The position numbers were made by a program, and so were the translations under genes. This document shows positions 9,024-19,500 of a DNA stretch of 32,000 nucleotides, piece after piece. Numbering within the stretch: position 1 is the stretch's first letter; each line of letters begins with the position of its first letter. The notes beneath the pieces are model-generated. The model worked only from the letters and a program-made list of their open reading frames with translations, did not search any database and was not told the DNA's origin. Source of the DNA: Raphidiopsis brookii D9 (GTDB taxonomy: Bacteria; Cyanobacteriota; Cyanobacteriia; Cyanobacteriales; Nostocaceae); contig ACYB01000019.1 in assembly GCA_000175855.1 (NCBI GenBank), forward strand, positions 54,084 to 86,083. Direction: 5' to 3'.

Positions 9024-10499
9024 ATGACCAAAAGAGCATTTCGTCTTAGTATACTAGGAATATTTATATTCGCCGTCAGTTTACGGTTTTGGGGATTGGC
9101 TAGATTTAATACCTTGGTGTTTGATGAGGTTTACTTTGCACAATTTGGTAATAACTATTTAACAAAAACGCCATTTTTTAATGCTCATCCTCCCTTGAGT
9201 CAGTACATAATTGGTCTAGGAATTTGGATAGGTAGTCATATTCCCTTCTGGCAAAATAGTGTTAATAGTTTGACGGGTTCCCTATTATCTTCTTGGAGTT
9301 ATCGTTGGGCAAATGCCTTAATAGGTTCTTTGATTCCGGTGATAGCTATTTTTTTGAGTTATCAGTTAAGTTATCGTCGTGGTTTTGCACTATTAGCAGG
9401 TTTATTTACAGCTTTAGATGGTTTATTTTTAGTAGAATCTCGTTATGCTTTGAGTAATATATATATAGTACTATTTGGCTTACTTGGGCAATGGTTTTTA
9501 TTTTTGGCATTAGAAAAAAGGCCTGGGCAAAAGTGGGGGAAATTAATAAAATTACTAGTAGCAGGAATTAGCTTTGGTGCTTCCTTAGCCACAAAATGGA
9601 ATGGATTGTGGTTTTTACTAGGTGTTTATGGAATATGGATAGTGGGCTGGATAATTAGGTGGTTACAACCTCGGGAAAATGGATCAAACGAAGAATCAAG
9701 GATGAAAACCGAGCAAGATATGGTGAGAATTCCCCTGGCAAAAATTACCCAGATTAATATTTGGCAGATGGGATTTTTTTTAGGAATTATTCCCCTGATT
9801 ACATATAGTTTGATTTGGATTCCCCACCTCCAACTTGATCGTCGTTATGGATTTATAGAAGTTCATCGACAAATTTTGAACTTTCATCTTCATTTAGGGG
9901 GTAATGATTCTAGTGTTCATCCTTACTGTGCTCCATGGTATAAGTGGCCATTAATGACTCGACCCATGGCTTATTTTTATCAGAAAAGCCAAAGTTTTCA
10001 GGATCCCCTACCTGTGTTTGGACCACCCTTACCAGCTGCATCTGGCAAAGTAATTTATGATGTTCACGCTATGGGTAATCCTCTTTTGTGGTGGTTTGGA
10101 GTTACTGCAATTATATTGTTGTTACAAATTGTATTTATTGGCATTGTTCTTCCATCAATTCAACAAAAACGATTATTTATCCCCAGGAATATCAGTGTCG
10201 ATACTTGGATTGGTTTATACGTAGTTATTAATTATGCTGCTAATTTATTGCCTTGGGTGAGGGTGAGTCGCTGCGTATTTATTTATCACTATATGAGTGC
10301 TTTAGTATTTGTATTTTTGGCTCTAGCTTGGTTTGTGGACTGTTGTTTACGCAGCAGTTACAAGTCAATGCGTATTTTAGGTTGGACTGTTACCGGTTCC
10401 ACAATAGCTGCTTTTATTTTTTGGTTACCAATTTATTTGGGGTTACCACTTTCATCAACAGATTATTGGCTACGTATGTGGTTTAGGAGTTGGATTTAG
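9024..10499 (+). CDS. Dolichyl-phosphate-mannose-protein mannosyltransferase-like (GT39 / PMT family) membrane glycosyltransferase
   Basis: Polytopic membrane protein. N-terminal loop motif FDEVYFAQFGNNYL..FFNAHPPLSQY is typical of the PMT/GT39 family. Confidence 0.8.
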   Translation: MTKRAFRLSILGIFIFAVSLRFWGLARFNTLVFDEVYFAQFGNNYLTKTPFFNAHPPLSQYIIGLGIWIGSHIPFWQNSVNSLTGSLLSSWSYRWANALIGSLIPVIAIFLSYQLSYRRGFALLAGLFTALDGLFLVESRYALSNIYIVLFGLLGQWFLFLALEKRPGQKWGKLIKLLVAGISFGASLATKWNGLWFLLGVYGIWIVGWIIRWLQPRENGSNEESRMKTEQDMVRIPLAKITQINIWQMGFFLGIIPLITYSLIWIPHLQLDRRYGFIEVHRQILNFHLHLGGNDSSVHPYCAPWYKWPLMTRPMAYFYQKSQSFQDPLPVFGPPLPAASGKVIYDVHAMGNPLLWWFGVTAIILLLQIVFIGIVLPSIQQKRLFIPRNISVDTWIGLYVVINYAANLLPWVRVSRCVFIYHYMSALVFVFLALAWFVDCCLRSSYKSMRILGWTVTGSTIAAFIFWLPIYLGLPLSSTDYWLRMWFRSWI

Positions 10500-10628
10500 G
10501 AAGGATCAACACCCAAAGCGATCGCACGGTTACTTAAATTTCATAATCCAGTTCCACAACAGCTTATAATTTTACCAAGAGTGGGTAAACATTTAAATCA
10601 AGTGCATTAAAATCCATCTTTACCTGAT

Positions 10629-11624
10629 ATGACAACTAATCAATTAATATCATTACCCAGTATGGGATGTGGGACATGGTCTTGGGGGAATCAACTGCTT
10701 TGGGGATACAAACAAAGCATGGATGAGCAATTACAAGAAGTATTTAATCTTTGTGTAGATAATGGTGTCACCTTGTTTGATACAGGAGATTCCTATGGAA
10801 CGGGAAAACTGAACGGAAGAAGTGAACTACTTTTAGGAAAATTCACCAGAGAGTATGAGCATTCTGATCCACAGGGATTGAATCAACGTGATATTTGTAT
10901 TGCGACAAAATTAGCAGCTTATCCTTGGAGATGGACGAGAAAATCCATTATTTCTGCTTGTGATGCTTCTGCTAAAAGACTAGGTAAAAATGTTGATTTG
11001 GTTCAGATGCACTGGTCAACAGCTAATTATGCACCTTGGCAAGAATTAGGTTTATTGGATGGTTTGGCTGACTTATATGCACAGGGTTTGGTCAAAGGTG
11101 TGGGACTGTCTAATTACGGAACCAAAAGACTTTTATGGGTACACAAAAGATTTGCCCAAAGAGGTATACCTATAACAAGTCTACAGGTACAATATTCTTT
11201 GTTATCAACCTATCCAGTAACGGAATTGGGTTTAAAAGATGTTTGTGATAGCTTGGGGATTAAACTAATTGCCTATAGTCCCTTAGCATTAGGTTTACTT
11301 ACGGGTAAGTTCCGAGAAAACGGCCAATTGCCCAAAGGAATACGGGGAATTTTATTTCGACAAATGTTACCGGGTATTAAGGGACTTTTGGGAACTTTAG
11401 AAGAAATAGCAAATAGTCGGGGTAAAACTATGGGTCAGGTAGCTATTAATTGGTGCATCTGTAAGGGAACAATTCCTATTCCTGGTGCTAAAAATCGAGA
11501 GCAAGCACAACAAAACCTGGGAGCTTTGGGTTGGTTTTTAAATGATGGTGAGATAGCTGAATTAGATATTGCAGCTAGCAAGAGTAAGAAAAAAATGGTG
11601 CAGAACATTTTTCAAACTAATTGA
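10629..11624 (+). CDS. Aldo/keto reductase family oxidoreductase
   Basis: GCGTWSWG..., LFDTGDSYGTG, and AKR catalytic-tetrad context (D..Y..K..H: DTGDSYG, ATKL, QMHW). Length 331 aa. Confidence 0.85.
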   Translation: MTTNQLISLPSMGCGTWSWGNQLLWGYKQSMDEQLQEVFNLCVDNGVTLFDTGDSYGTGKLNGRSELLLGKFTREYEHSDPQGLNQRDICIATKLAAYPWRWTRKSIISACDASAKRLGKNVDLVQMHWSTANYAPWQELGLLDGLADLYAQGLVKGVGLSNYGTKRLLWVHKRFAQRGIPITSLQVQYSLLSTYPVTELGLKDVCDSLGIKLIAYSPLALGLLTGKFRENGQLPKGIRGILFRQMLPGIKGLLGTLEEIANSRGKTMGQVAINWCICKGTIPIPGAKNREQAQQNLGALGWFLNDGEIAELDIAASKSKKKMVQNIFQTN

Positions 11625-12877
11625 CAAGGTGGTTCAAGGTGAAAATAATACCAGACAAAAATAATATAAATTTTGATCCTCATGGAAGCAACCCCTATTT
11701 GTGGAAGTTTTGGGGTGTTCTCCCTCTTTATCCCTATAATCAACGTCGCACTGTTCGTCAAGAGGTGGTTAAGGATACTATCTGGACCTTTGATCAAATC
11801 CAGGGAGTTTTTTATGTGGTTGTACCCATCCGCATGACGGTGATTAGATTGGCACAGGGTGGTTTATTAGTGTATGCACCTGTTGCTCCCACTCAGGAGT
11901 GCATTAAATTAGTAAATGAACTAGTGGCCTTGCATGGAGATGTGAAGTACATTATTTTGTCTACAGTCTCTGGACTTGAGCATAAGGTGTTTGTGGGACC
12001 GTTTGCTAGGGAATTTAGTCAAGCAAGGGTTTTTGTAGCTCCTGGACAGTGGAGTTTTCCCCTGAATTTACCTTTGAGTTGGTTAGGTTTACCAGGGAAC
12101 CGCACCCAAATATTACCTGAAGATCCTCATGAGACCCCTTTTAGTGATGAGTTTGATTATGCTATCCTTGGACCAATTAATTTGGGACTAGGCAAATTTG
12201 GGGAAGTGGCTCTCTTACATAAGCAGTCCCGCACCTTAATGGTTACGGACACAATAGTTTCCGTTTCTGTGGATTCACCAGCAATAATTCAATTGGATCC
12301 ATTCCCCTTACTCTACCATGCTCAGGAAAAAAGTGGTGATACTGTTCCTGATAACTTACAAAACCGACGGAAAGGATGGCGAAGAATTACTCTCTTTGCC
12401 TTTTATTTCCGTCCCAGTGCAGTGGATGTACCTCCATGGAAGGATATATGGCAAGATGCCAAAAATGTGTCCCAGCGCAATTTGAGAAATTATTTTGGTT
12501 TTTTCCCCTTTCACTGGAAACCAGACTGGGAAGAATCTTATGAGTTGCTAACCAGGGGGGGAGAAATTTTTGTTGCTCCTGTTTTGCGAACCCTGATTTT
12601 AAACCGAGCTCCCCAGGTAACTATAAATTGGGCAGATCGGGTAGCAAAATGGGATTTTGCATGGGTTATTCCCTGTCATTTTGATGCACCTATTTCTGTT
12701 ACTCCCCAACAATTTAGAAGAGCTTTTAGCTTTTTGGAAAAAGGTTCCACAGACTATTTACCTCACAATACTAAGGTGGAGGAGGATTTACAGGTTTTGA
12801 GGGATATTGACCAGGGATTAAATAATTGGAACATCGTTCCACCCGCTCTCCCTAACCCGAATTCCAGGGTTCGGTAA
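11621..12877 (+). CDS. Conserved cyanobacterial/plastid-lineage protein (I recall DUF4336; family name from memory)
   Basis: 418-aa ORF overlapping the AKR stop by 4 nt. Conserved-looking blocks WTFDQIQGVFYVVVPIRMTVIRL and LLVYAPVAPT. The track start is TTG, and GTG 11639 is an alternative. Confidence 0.55.
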   Translation: MTRWFKVKIIPDKNNINFDPHGSNPYLWKFWGVLPLYPYNQRRTVRQEVVKDTIWTFDQIQGVFYVVVPIRMTVIRLAQGGLLVYAPVAPTQECIKLVNELVALHGDVKYIILSTVSGLEHKVFVGPFAREFSQARVFVAPGQWSFPLNLPLSWLGLPGNRTQILPEDPHETPFSDEFDYAILGPINLGLGKFGEVALLHKQSRTLMVTDTIVSVSVDSPAIIQLDPFPLLYHAQEKSGDTVPDNLQNRRKGWRRITLFAFYFRPSAVDVPPWKDIWQDAKNVSQRNLRNYFGFFPFHWKPDWEESYELLTRGGEIFVAPVLRTLILNRAPQVTINWADRVAKWDFAWVIPCHFDAPISVTPQQFRRAFSFLEKGSTDYLPHNTKVEEDLQVLRDIDQGLNNWNIVPPALPNPNSRVR

Positions 12878-12900
12878 ACCGAACCTTATATTCTACTATT

Positions 12901-13212
12901 CTACCGAAAATCCTCATCCACAAAAAAGTCCCCTTCCTCATCAGCGGAATTCCCAGATCCCCCCATGTTGCCCAACAATTGCCCAAATGATACGGTAATT
13001 AAACCCACCACTACCCAAAAGGCTAACATTAACCCAAAGGGAACTTGTATAGATTGAAAAACTAAAAATCGTAGGGATATTGATGCGGTATTTTGTACGG
13101 AAATTAACGCGATCGCTAGAATCCAAGTAGCTAGAACTACTGATATAAATAGTGTAAATAAACTGGGGAGGTTTTTCATGGTTGAGGAATTAAAAAGGAG
13201 TTGGGGGGTCAT
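12901..13212 (-). CDS. LapA-domain (DUF1049) small membrane protein
   Basis: Two predicted TM helices with an intervening QNTASISLRFLVFQSIQVPFGL, typical of LapA_dom proteins. The start may instead be the internal MKNLPS. Confidence 0.6.
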   Translation of the reverse strand: MTPQLLFNSSTMKNLPSLFTLFISVVLATWILAIALISVQNTASISLRFLVFQSIQVPFGLMLAFWVVVGLITVSFGQLLGNMGGSGNSADEEGDFFVDEDFR

Positions 13213-13236
13213 CGCTGGTGACCCAATCCCTATTGA

Positions 13237-14664
13237 CTATGCTAACTGAGCAATTTCTGCTTCCATGGTTTTAGCAATCTCACCCAGTTTTTCTGGGGAG
13301 TTAGTTTCTATATAAACTCTGACCAGGGGTTCTGTACCTGATGGACGCAATAGGATCCAACTACCCTCTGCTAAATACAGTTTAATTCCATCCTTTCTAC
13401 CTACTTCCTTAACCCTAATACCAGCTACTTGGGAAGGGGGATTTTGGGTGTAGGATTGAATGACAGCATTTTTGTGAGCTTCCGTTAGGTGTAGGTCTAA
13501 ACGGTTGTTGTATAGCGGTCCATCTGCTTCTGCTATAGCTTCCTGAACTAATTGACTTAATGGTTTACCCTCGTATGCTATAGCTTCTGCTACTAACATA
13601 TCAGCTAATACACCATCCTTTTCCGGAATATGCCCAATCACACTTAAACCACCGGACTCTTCACCTCCAATTAACACGGTGGTTTCCCGCATTTTTTCGC
13701 CTATGTACTTAAAACCCACAGCAGTTTCATAAATTGGCAGACCATATTTGGCTGCAAAATTATCTAATAGGTGGGTAGTCGCTACGGTTCGGACTATGGC
13801 ACCACTTTTACCTTTATTTTTGATTAAATGTCTGGCTAAAACCAATAATACTGTATTAGGGGTCAGCACATTACCCAGCTCATCTACAATTCCAAAGCGA
13901 TCGCTATCACCATCCGTTGCTAAACCTAAATCAGCTTTGTCGTTTTTAACAGCTGTCACCAGTTCTACCAGTTGGTCACCCTTAGGTTCTGGCATACCCC
14001 CGCCAAATAACACATCCCTCCAGGTGTGGAAACTTTCCAGTTGGGTTCCACAATACTGCAATACCTCATCTAAATAACCCCGGGATGTGGAATACAGGGC
14101 ATCATATTTAACCTTTAAATTGGCACTCCTAATTTTTCTTACGTCCAGTAATTTGTAGATGAAATCAAGGTAATCAGGTTTAGGATCAAAGGTGGAAACT
14201 GTACCTGATGGATTAGATCCTGGTAATTCTTCTGATGCTGTCTCTATATTAGCGACAATCGTATCCGTAATTTCTGGGGTAGCTGGACCTGCATAATCTG
14301 GTATGTATTTAATCCCACAATAGGGAGCTGGATTATGACTAGCGGTAAACATCAAAGCACCTGCGGAATTCAGGTGTTTTGCATTGTAAGCTATGACTGG
14401 TGTTGGACAGTCTCGAACAGTAATTTTCACATTCCAACCTAAGTCAGCCAAGACTGCTCCAGAGGTTCTGGCAAACTCGTCAGCGAGAAATCTTGTGTCG
14501 TAGGCGATTAAAACAGGTCTACTCTTATCGTAGGCAGTTTCTAGATAGGCTGCTATTGCTCTAGTTACTTTTCTAACATTAGAAAAGGTAAAATCATCGG
14601 CAATAATTCCCCGCCATCCGTCTGTACCAAATTTGATTTTACCAGAATTGCTAGGGTTACTCAT
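13237..14664 (-). CDS. Alpha-D-phosphohexomutase family enzyme (phosphoglucomutase/phosphomannomutase)
   Basis: Catalytic-serine loop TASHNP, metal loop DGDSDR, sugar loop GGEESGG, and C-terminal RPSGTEP. Confidence 0.85.
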   Translation of the reverse strand: MSNPSNSGKIKFGTDGWRGIIADDFTFSNVRKVTRAIAAYLETAYDKSRPVLIAYDTRFLADEFARTSGAVLADLGWNVKITVRDCPTPVIAYNAKHLNSAGALMFTASHNPAPYCGIKYIPDYAGPATPEITDTIVANIETASEELPGSNPSGTVSTFDPKPDYLDFIYKLLDVRKIRSANLKVKYDALYSTSRGYLDEVLQYCGTQLESFHTWRDVLFGGGMPEPKGDQLVELVTAVKNDKADLGLATDGDSDRFGIVDELGNVLTPNTVLLVLARHLIKNKGKSGAIVRTVATTHLLDNFAAKYGLPIYETAVGFKYIGEKMRETTVLIGGEESGGLSVIGHIPEKDGVLADMLVAEAIAYEGKPLSQLVQEAIAEADGPLYNNRLDLHLTEAHKNAVIQSYTQNPPSQVAGIRVKEVGRKDGIKLYLAEGSWILLRPSGTEPLVRVYIETNSPEKLGEIAKTMEAEIAQLA

Positions 14665-14766
14665 TTTGCTACTCTCTCTTGTAGATTATGATTGCTCTAC
14701 TGTTCTTGATTATTCCAGATGTTGATCAAACCATTCCACTGGGACTGATATTTTCTTCCCGGTCGC

Positions 14767-16446
14767 TCACAAGAATTCTATGGGTGGTAATTCGTTGAGG
14801 ATGGTAAACCGAATGTGGTTAATGGCTAATTCCCCAATGGATAACTCTTCCTTGGTTAATCTTTGACCATTACTGCTTATGGTTTCAAAGGAAACCCCTT
14901 TACCAATTTCAATGTGGTACCAACACAGACCCATAAAAAATCTGGTGGGGTAGGGACCATAATCTCCAATGTCGTCCGGATTGGATTCCATAGGTAACCA
15001 ACCAAAATTGGGAATGTAAAACTCTAACCACACATGATTAAAGTCCGGTTGCAGGGGAACGCCTTTTAATTCGGGGTACGGTGGACATTTATATCTACCT
15101 ACTGTGCGACAAGGAATGCCATTTAAACGACATAAAGCTAGTAATACACCCACGTATTCTCCACAGGAACCAACTCCTCGATCTAGCACTATATCAGGTG
15201 TGTCTATATGAGGCTTTATTCCATAAGACAGTTCATCATAAACGTAGTTGCGAATGCTATACATTTTGCGCAGCAGGTTGGTTTCTGAACCCACAGCTTC
15301 ATGAGCAGCACGCCGCACAATGACAGTATTCATTGCCAAATCGTCGTCATCTACTAAGTAGCGTGTTTGTAATTCCAAGGTTGGTTCTGGTATTTCTTCC
15401 GTATCTTTGGGAGTAATACGATACTTAATACCTCGTACTTCCAATAGTGCTTTCCACCCAAATATGTGCCTTTCGCCAGGAACAAGGGTATCAAATTTGA
15501 ACACTGCAATCCTTTGTCCAGAAATTACCTCCTCGGTAAAGGGTAAACCAATGGGATCCACCTGTTTGACCTTTTGGCGCTCAGTCTCCGATGGAAGGGC
15601 AATACGCCATTCAATATCGGTTAAGTAAACTTCTTCTAGAGGAGCAATTTCTTCAACGTATGACATTTCCACTAAATAACCATTAGATAGTCCATATCGT
15701 TTATCTGGATCATAATGGTATTGCAGTGGATGAATAAAGGTTACATCCCGATAGGTTAACTCGTGATTAGGATCAGCATTAGGATTGTCACGAATGTAAG
15801 GCTCCTCCAAAGAGTAGGAGACGTATAGGGTATCTTTATTTGTGTGGTCTTGATGGTATATGGCAATACCGGTTGGGGAGGCAAAGGGAGTAAGGACACT
15901 AAAACGAACTTCTCCAGTAGCCCTATCCATTGAGTAGACAGTTTGTTCTATTTTATCGCAGATCCAAAGGGTTTCCTGACTGACTGCTAAATTTTGTTGA
16001 CCTACTCCAGGGGCGTAGAACCGGGTAATTTCTTTACGTGTGTCTCTGTCAAAAATCAGGATATAACCCATTCTCTGACAGCTAATATAAACAGTGGCAT
16101 CCCAAACAGCAATACCATCAGCATTATATGGTAGAGTGGCAAAGTGTTCCAAACCCAGGGAGTTTAGTTTACATAAATAGACGCTATTACCACGGGTAAC
16201 CCAAAGGGTGTCTTCCCAGACTGCTAAACCAGTGACATCTGTAAATTCTTTTACCTGGTGAGGATTAAGAATTTTACTATTGTCGGAAACCGGGTCAATT
16301 TGGAGTAAATGTCCCTTGAGGGAGTCAATGGCAAGAAGTTGATCTTTAATAAAAGCGATACCATAGATGGTAGCAGCAGTCACTGGTCGAATTGTTTTTT
16401 GCCCAAACATCTGGCTAACATTGAAATTAGGGAGTATTAAACTCAT
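14767..16446 (-). CDS. Transglutaminase-like domain protein with an N-terminal repeat (propeller-like) region
   Basis: C-terminal transglutaminase core GVGSCGEYVGVLLALCRLNGIPCRTVGRY...FNHVWLEFYIPNFGWLPMESNPDD (Cys-His-Asp arrangement). The N-terminal ~200 aa has repeated hydrophobic/Trp-containing strands. Confidence 0.75.
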   Translation of the reverse strand: MSLILPNFNVSQMFGQKTIRPVTAATIYGIAFIKDQLLAIDSLKGHLLQIDPVSDNSKILNPHQVKEFTDVTGLAVWEDTLWVTRGNSVYLCKLNSLGLEHFATLPYNADGIAVWDATVYISCQRMGYILIFDRDTRKEITRFYAPGVGQQNLAVSQETLWICDKIEQTVYSMDRATGEVRFSVLTPFASPTGIAIYHQDHTNKDTLYVSYSLEEPYIRDNPNADPNHELTYRDVTFIHPLQYHYDPDKRYGLSNGYLVEMSYVEEIAPLEEVYLTDIEWRIALPSETERQKVKQVDPIGLPFTEEVISGQRIAVFKFDTLVPGERHIFGWKALLEVRGIKYRITPKDTEEIPEPTLELQTRYLVDDDDLAMNTVIVRRAAHEAVGSETNLLRKMYSIRNYVYDELSYGIKPHIDTPDIVLDRGVGSCGEYVGVLLALCRLNGIPCRTVGRYKCPPYPELKGVPLQPDFNHVWLEFYIPNFGWLPMESNPDDIGDYGPYPTRFFMGLCWYHIEIGKGVSFETISSNGQRLTKEELSIGELAINHIRFTILNELPPIEFL

Positions 16447-16598
16447 ATTATTCCGTCATATTATTCATATTATTTTATTGGTGACCTCCACTGTTTACAG
16501 TAACTAGTCACCAATGGGGTATTTGATGGAATTTCTGCCATCACTCAATTATGATCGAATTTTGTAACCATTTCCCGTAACTTACACAAACTTACACA

Positions 16599-19460
16599 AT
16601 GTCTGCCCATTCTTTGCCTGAAGATGCCGCAGTTTGGCATAGTTTAGAGATAGATAAAGCTTTAGAGCTGCTTGACAGTAATGCTGATGATGGCTTAACA
16701 CCATCCCAAGTTGAAGAACGTTTACTCAAGTATGGTTCTAATGAACTGGAAGAACAGGGTGGACGTAGTCCCTGGCAAATTCTCCTCGACCAGTTCACTA
16801 ACATCATGTTGTTGATGCTGATTGGTGTGGCCTTCATTTCTGGTTTTTTGGACTTTTTAGCCCTACAACAGGGTACTTTAAAGTTAGGAGAAGTTCCTTT
16901 TAAAGATACAATTGCAATTATGGCAATTGTGATTCTTAATGGTGTACTTGGATATGTCCAAGAAAGCCGAGCAGAAAAAGCTTTAGCAGCTTTGAAAAAG
17001 CTATCATCTCCCTCAGTGCGTGTACTTCGCAATGGCAAATTAGCGGATATAGCAGGGAAAGATCTTGTACCCGGTGATGTGATGTTGCTGGAAGCAGGAG
17101 TGCAGGTAGCTGCTGATGGAAGGTTGCTGGAACAGTCCAATCTGCAACTCCGAGAGTCCGCATTGACCGGTGAAGCTGAAGCGGTAAGTAAACAAGCTAT
17201 ACTTACCTTGCCTAAGGATGTTGCATTGGGCGATCGCCTAAATTTAGTTTTTCAGGGGACAGAAGTAGTCCAAGGTCGTGCCAAGGTTGTGGTCACTAAT
17301 ACTGGGATGACAACAGAGCTCGGAAAAATAGCTGCTATGCTGCAATCAGTGGATAGTGAACCCACTCCTTTACAGCAGCGCATGACCCAATTGGGTAATG
17401 TATTGGTCAGCGGGTCTTTGGTATTAGTAGGGATTGTTGTCGTTGCTGGCATTATCCAAGCGCGTGGTTTTAGCAATATACAAGAACTGCTGGAAGTGTC
17501 TTTAAGTATGGCCGTGGCGGTAGTTCCAGAAGGGTTACCTGCGGTAATTACTGTAACTCTAGCTTTGGGTACTCAACGTATGGTGCGCCATAAGGCGTTA
17601 ATTCGCAAACTGCCAGCGGTGGAAACTCTTGGTTCGGTAACGACTATCTGTTCGGATAAAACTGGGACTTTAACCCAAAATAAAATGGTCGTCCAGTCAG
17701 TTTATACTAATCAAAGGAGTTTTCGCGTCACGGGGGAGGGTTATGCTCCTGTAGGTAATTTTCAATGGGAAGGGCAAAATATTGATTTGGAAGACCATCC
17801 AGAAATATCCGGTTTGTTGGTAGCTTGTGCTGTATGTAATGACTCCGTACTACAAAAAGAAGCTGGAGAATGGGCAATTTTGGGAGACCCCACTGAAGGA
17901 GCTTTAATGACCTTGGCGGGGAAAGCTCGTATTGAAAGAGATCAGTGGAATAGTAAATTACCCCGTGTTTCTGAGTTTCCCTTTTCTTCTGAACGCAAAC
18001 GCATGAGCGTGATCTCTCAAATACAGGAAGTGGCCACTGGCAATCCTGGCATTAGTGATGTTGACCCCATAATAGCTGGATTTGTCAGTTCAGAACCCTA
18101 TCTAATGTTCACTAAAGGTTCCCCGGAATTAACTTTAGCTCGCTGTCATCAAATTTACTTGGGTAATGGAAGTTTTCCCATAGAAGAGGAGCAACGTAGT
18201 GAAATTCTAGCTGCCAATGACCAAATGGCTTCCCAAGGTTTACGAGTTCTGGGTTTGGCCTATAAACCTTTAAGGGAAATTCCACCAGAAGCATCGGAAG
18301 ATACCTCAGAAAATGAGTTAGTGTGGTTAGGGTTGGTGGGTATGTTGGATGCACCCCGCCCAGAAGTGCGTGCAGCTGTCGCAGAATGTCGTCAAGCTGG
18401 AATTCGCCCTATTATGATTACTGGTGACCACCAGTTAACTGCACGGGCGATCGCTGTGGATTTGGGTATTGCTGATAAGGATGCTAGGGTGGTTACCGGT
18501 CAAGATTTACAACGGATGACTGACAAGGAAATAGAAGACCAGGTAGATTTAGTCAGCATTTACGCTAGAGTTTCCCCAGAACACAAATTGCGCATTGTTC
18601 AAGCATTACAAAGACGCGGTAGATTTGTCGCCATGACAGGTGATGGGGTTAATGATGCTCCTGCTCTTAAACAGGCTGATATTGGTATTGCAATGGGCAT
18701 TACTGGTACTGATGTCAGCAAAGAAGCCAGCGATATGGTGTTGTTAGATGATAACTTTGCCACCATAGTAGCAGCTACTAAAGAAGGTAGAGTGGTTTAT
18801 ACGAATATCAGGAGGTTTATTAAGTATATCCTGGGTAGTAATATCGGTGAGGTTCTCACCATTGCAGCAGCACCAATTTTGGGTTTGGGTGGTGTCCCCC
18901 TCACTCCTTTACAAATTCTGTGGATGAACCTGGTAACTGACGGTTTGCCAGCTCTAGCTTTAGCGGTGGAACCACCGGAACCAGATGTGATGCAACGTCC
19001 CCCCTTTAGTCCTCGTGAAAGTATTTTTGCTAGGGGTTTGGGAGCTTACATGGTTCGAATTGGTATTGTGTTTGCTGTTATCACCATTATTCTCATGGAA
19101 TGGGCTTATTTCCACGTTCGGTCCGCAACCGGAGAGGGGCTGAGTCCTGAACGTTGGAAAACTATGGTTTTCACCTCTTTATGTATCGCCCAAATGGGCC
19201 ATGCGATCGCCATTCGTTCTAATAACCAACTGACAATTGAAATGAATCCCCTATCCAATATATTTGTGTTGGGAGCTGTAATTGCAACAACTATTTTACA
19301 GTTGTTATTAATCTATGTTCCGCCTCTAAGGGATTTCTTTGGTACCCATTATTTACCTTTACATGAGTTGCTTATCTGTATAGGTTTTAGTGCCTTAATG
19401 TTTGTTTGGATCGAATGCGAAAAAATCTTCTTCCGGGTTATGGGTAAGAAGAATGTTTAA
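16599..19460 (+). CDS. Cation-transporting P-type ATPase (P2A, Ca2+-ATPase-like)
   Basis: TGES-like actuator motif LTGEAE, phosphorylation site CSDKTGTLT, hinge [17 protein letters not shown] in TM4, and 10 TM-type topology. Length 953 aa. Confidence 0.9.
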   Translation: MSAHSLPEDAAVWHSLEIDKALELLDSNADDGLTPSQVEERLLKYGSNELEEQGGRSPWQILLDQFTNIMLLMLIGVAFISGFLDFLALQQGTLKLGEVPFKDTIAIMAIVILNGVLGYVQESRAEKALAALKKLSSPSVRVLRNGKLADIAGKDLVPGDVMLLEAGVQVAADGRLLEQSNLQLRESALTGEAEAVSKQAILTLPKDVALGDRLNLVFQGTEVVQGRAKVVVTNTGMTTELGKIAAMLQSVDSEPTPLQQRMTQLGNVLVSGSLVLVGIVVVAGIIQARGFSNIQELLEVSLSMAVAVVPEGLPAVITVTLALGTQRMVRHKALIRKLPAVETLGSVTTICSDKTGTLTQNKMVVQSVYTNQRSFRVTGEGYAPVGNFQWEGQNIDLEDHPEISGLLVACAVCNDSVLQKEAGEWAILGDPTEGALMTLAGKARIERDQWNSKLPRVSEFPFSSERKRMSVISQIQEVATGNPGISDVDPIIAGFVSSEPYLMFTKGSPELTLARCHQIYLGNGSFPIEEEQRSEILAANDQMASQGLRVLGLAYKPLREIPPEASEDTSENELVWLGLVGMLDAPRPEVRAAVAECRQAGIRPIMITGDHQLTARAIAVDLGIADKDARVVTGQDLQRMTDKEIEDQVDLVSIYARVSPEHKLRIVQALQRRGRFVAMTGDGVNDAPALKQADIGIAMGITGTDVSKEASDMVLLDDNFATIVAATKEGRVVYTNIRRFIKYILGSNIGEVLTIAAAPILGLGGVPLTPLQILWMNLVTDGLPALALAVEPPEPDVMQRPPFSPRESIFARGLGAYMVRIGIVFAVITIILMEWAYFHVRSATGEGLSPERWKTMVFTSLCIAQMGHAIAIRSNNQLTIEMNPLSNIFVLGAVIATTILQLLLIYVPPLRDFFGTHYLPLHELLICIGFSALMFVWIECEKIFFRVMGKKNV

Positions 19461-19500
19461 TTAGTAGTCGGGGAAATGGGGGTAAATCTTATAGGTTAAA

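Noticed and set aside
3669-13126. Other short overlapping ORFs (3669..3863, 10253..10486, 11612..11797, 12941..13126)
   Set aside because: They are embedded in, or overlap, convincingly assigned genes (MCE, GT39, AKR/DUF4336 junction, LapA-like) and have no independent support.
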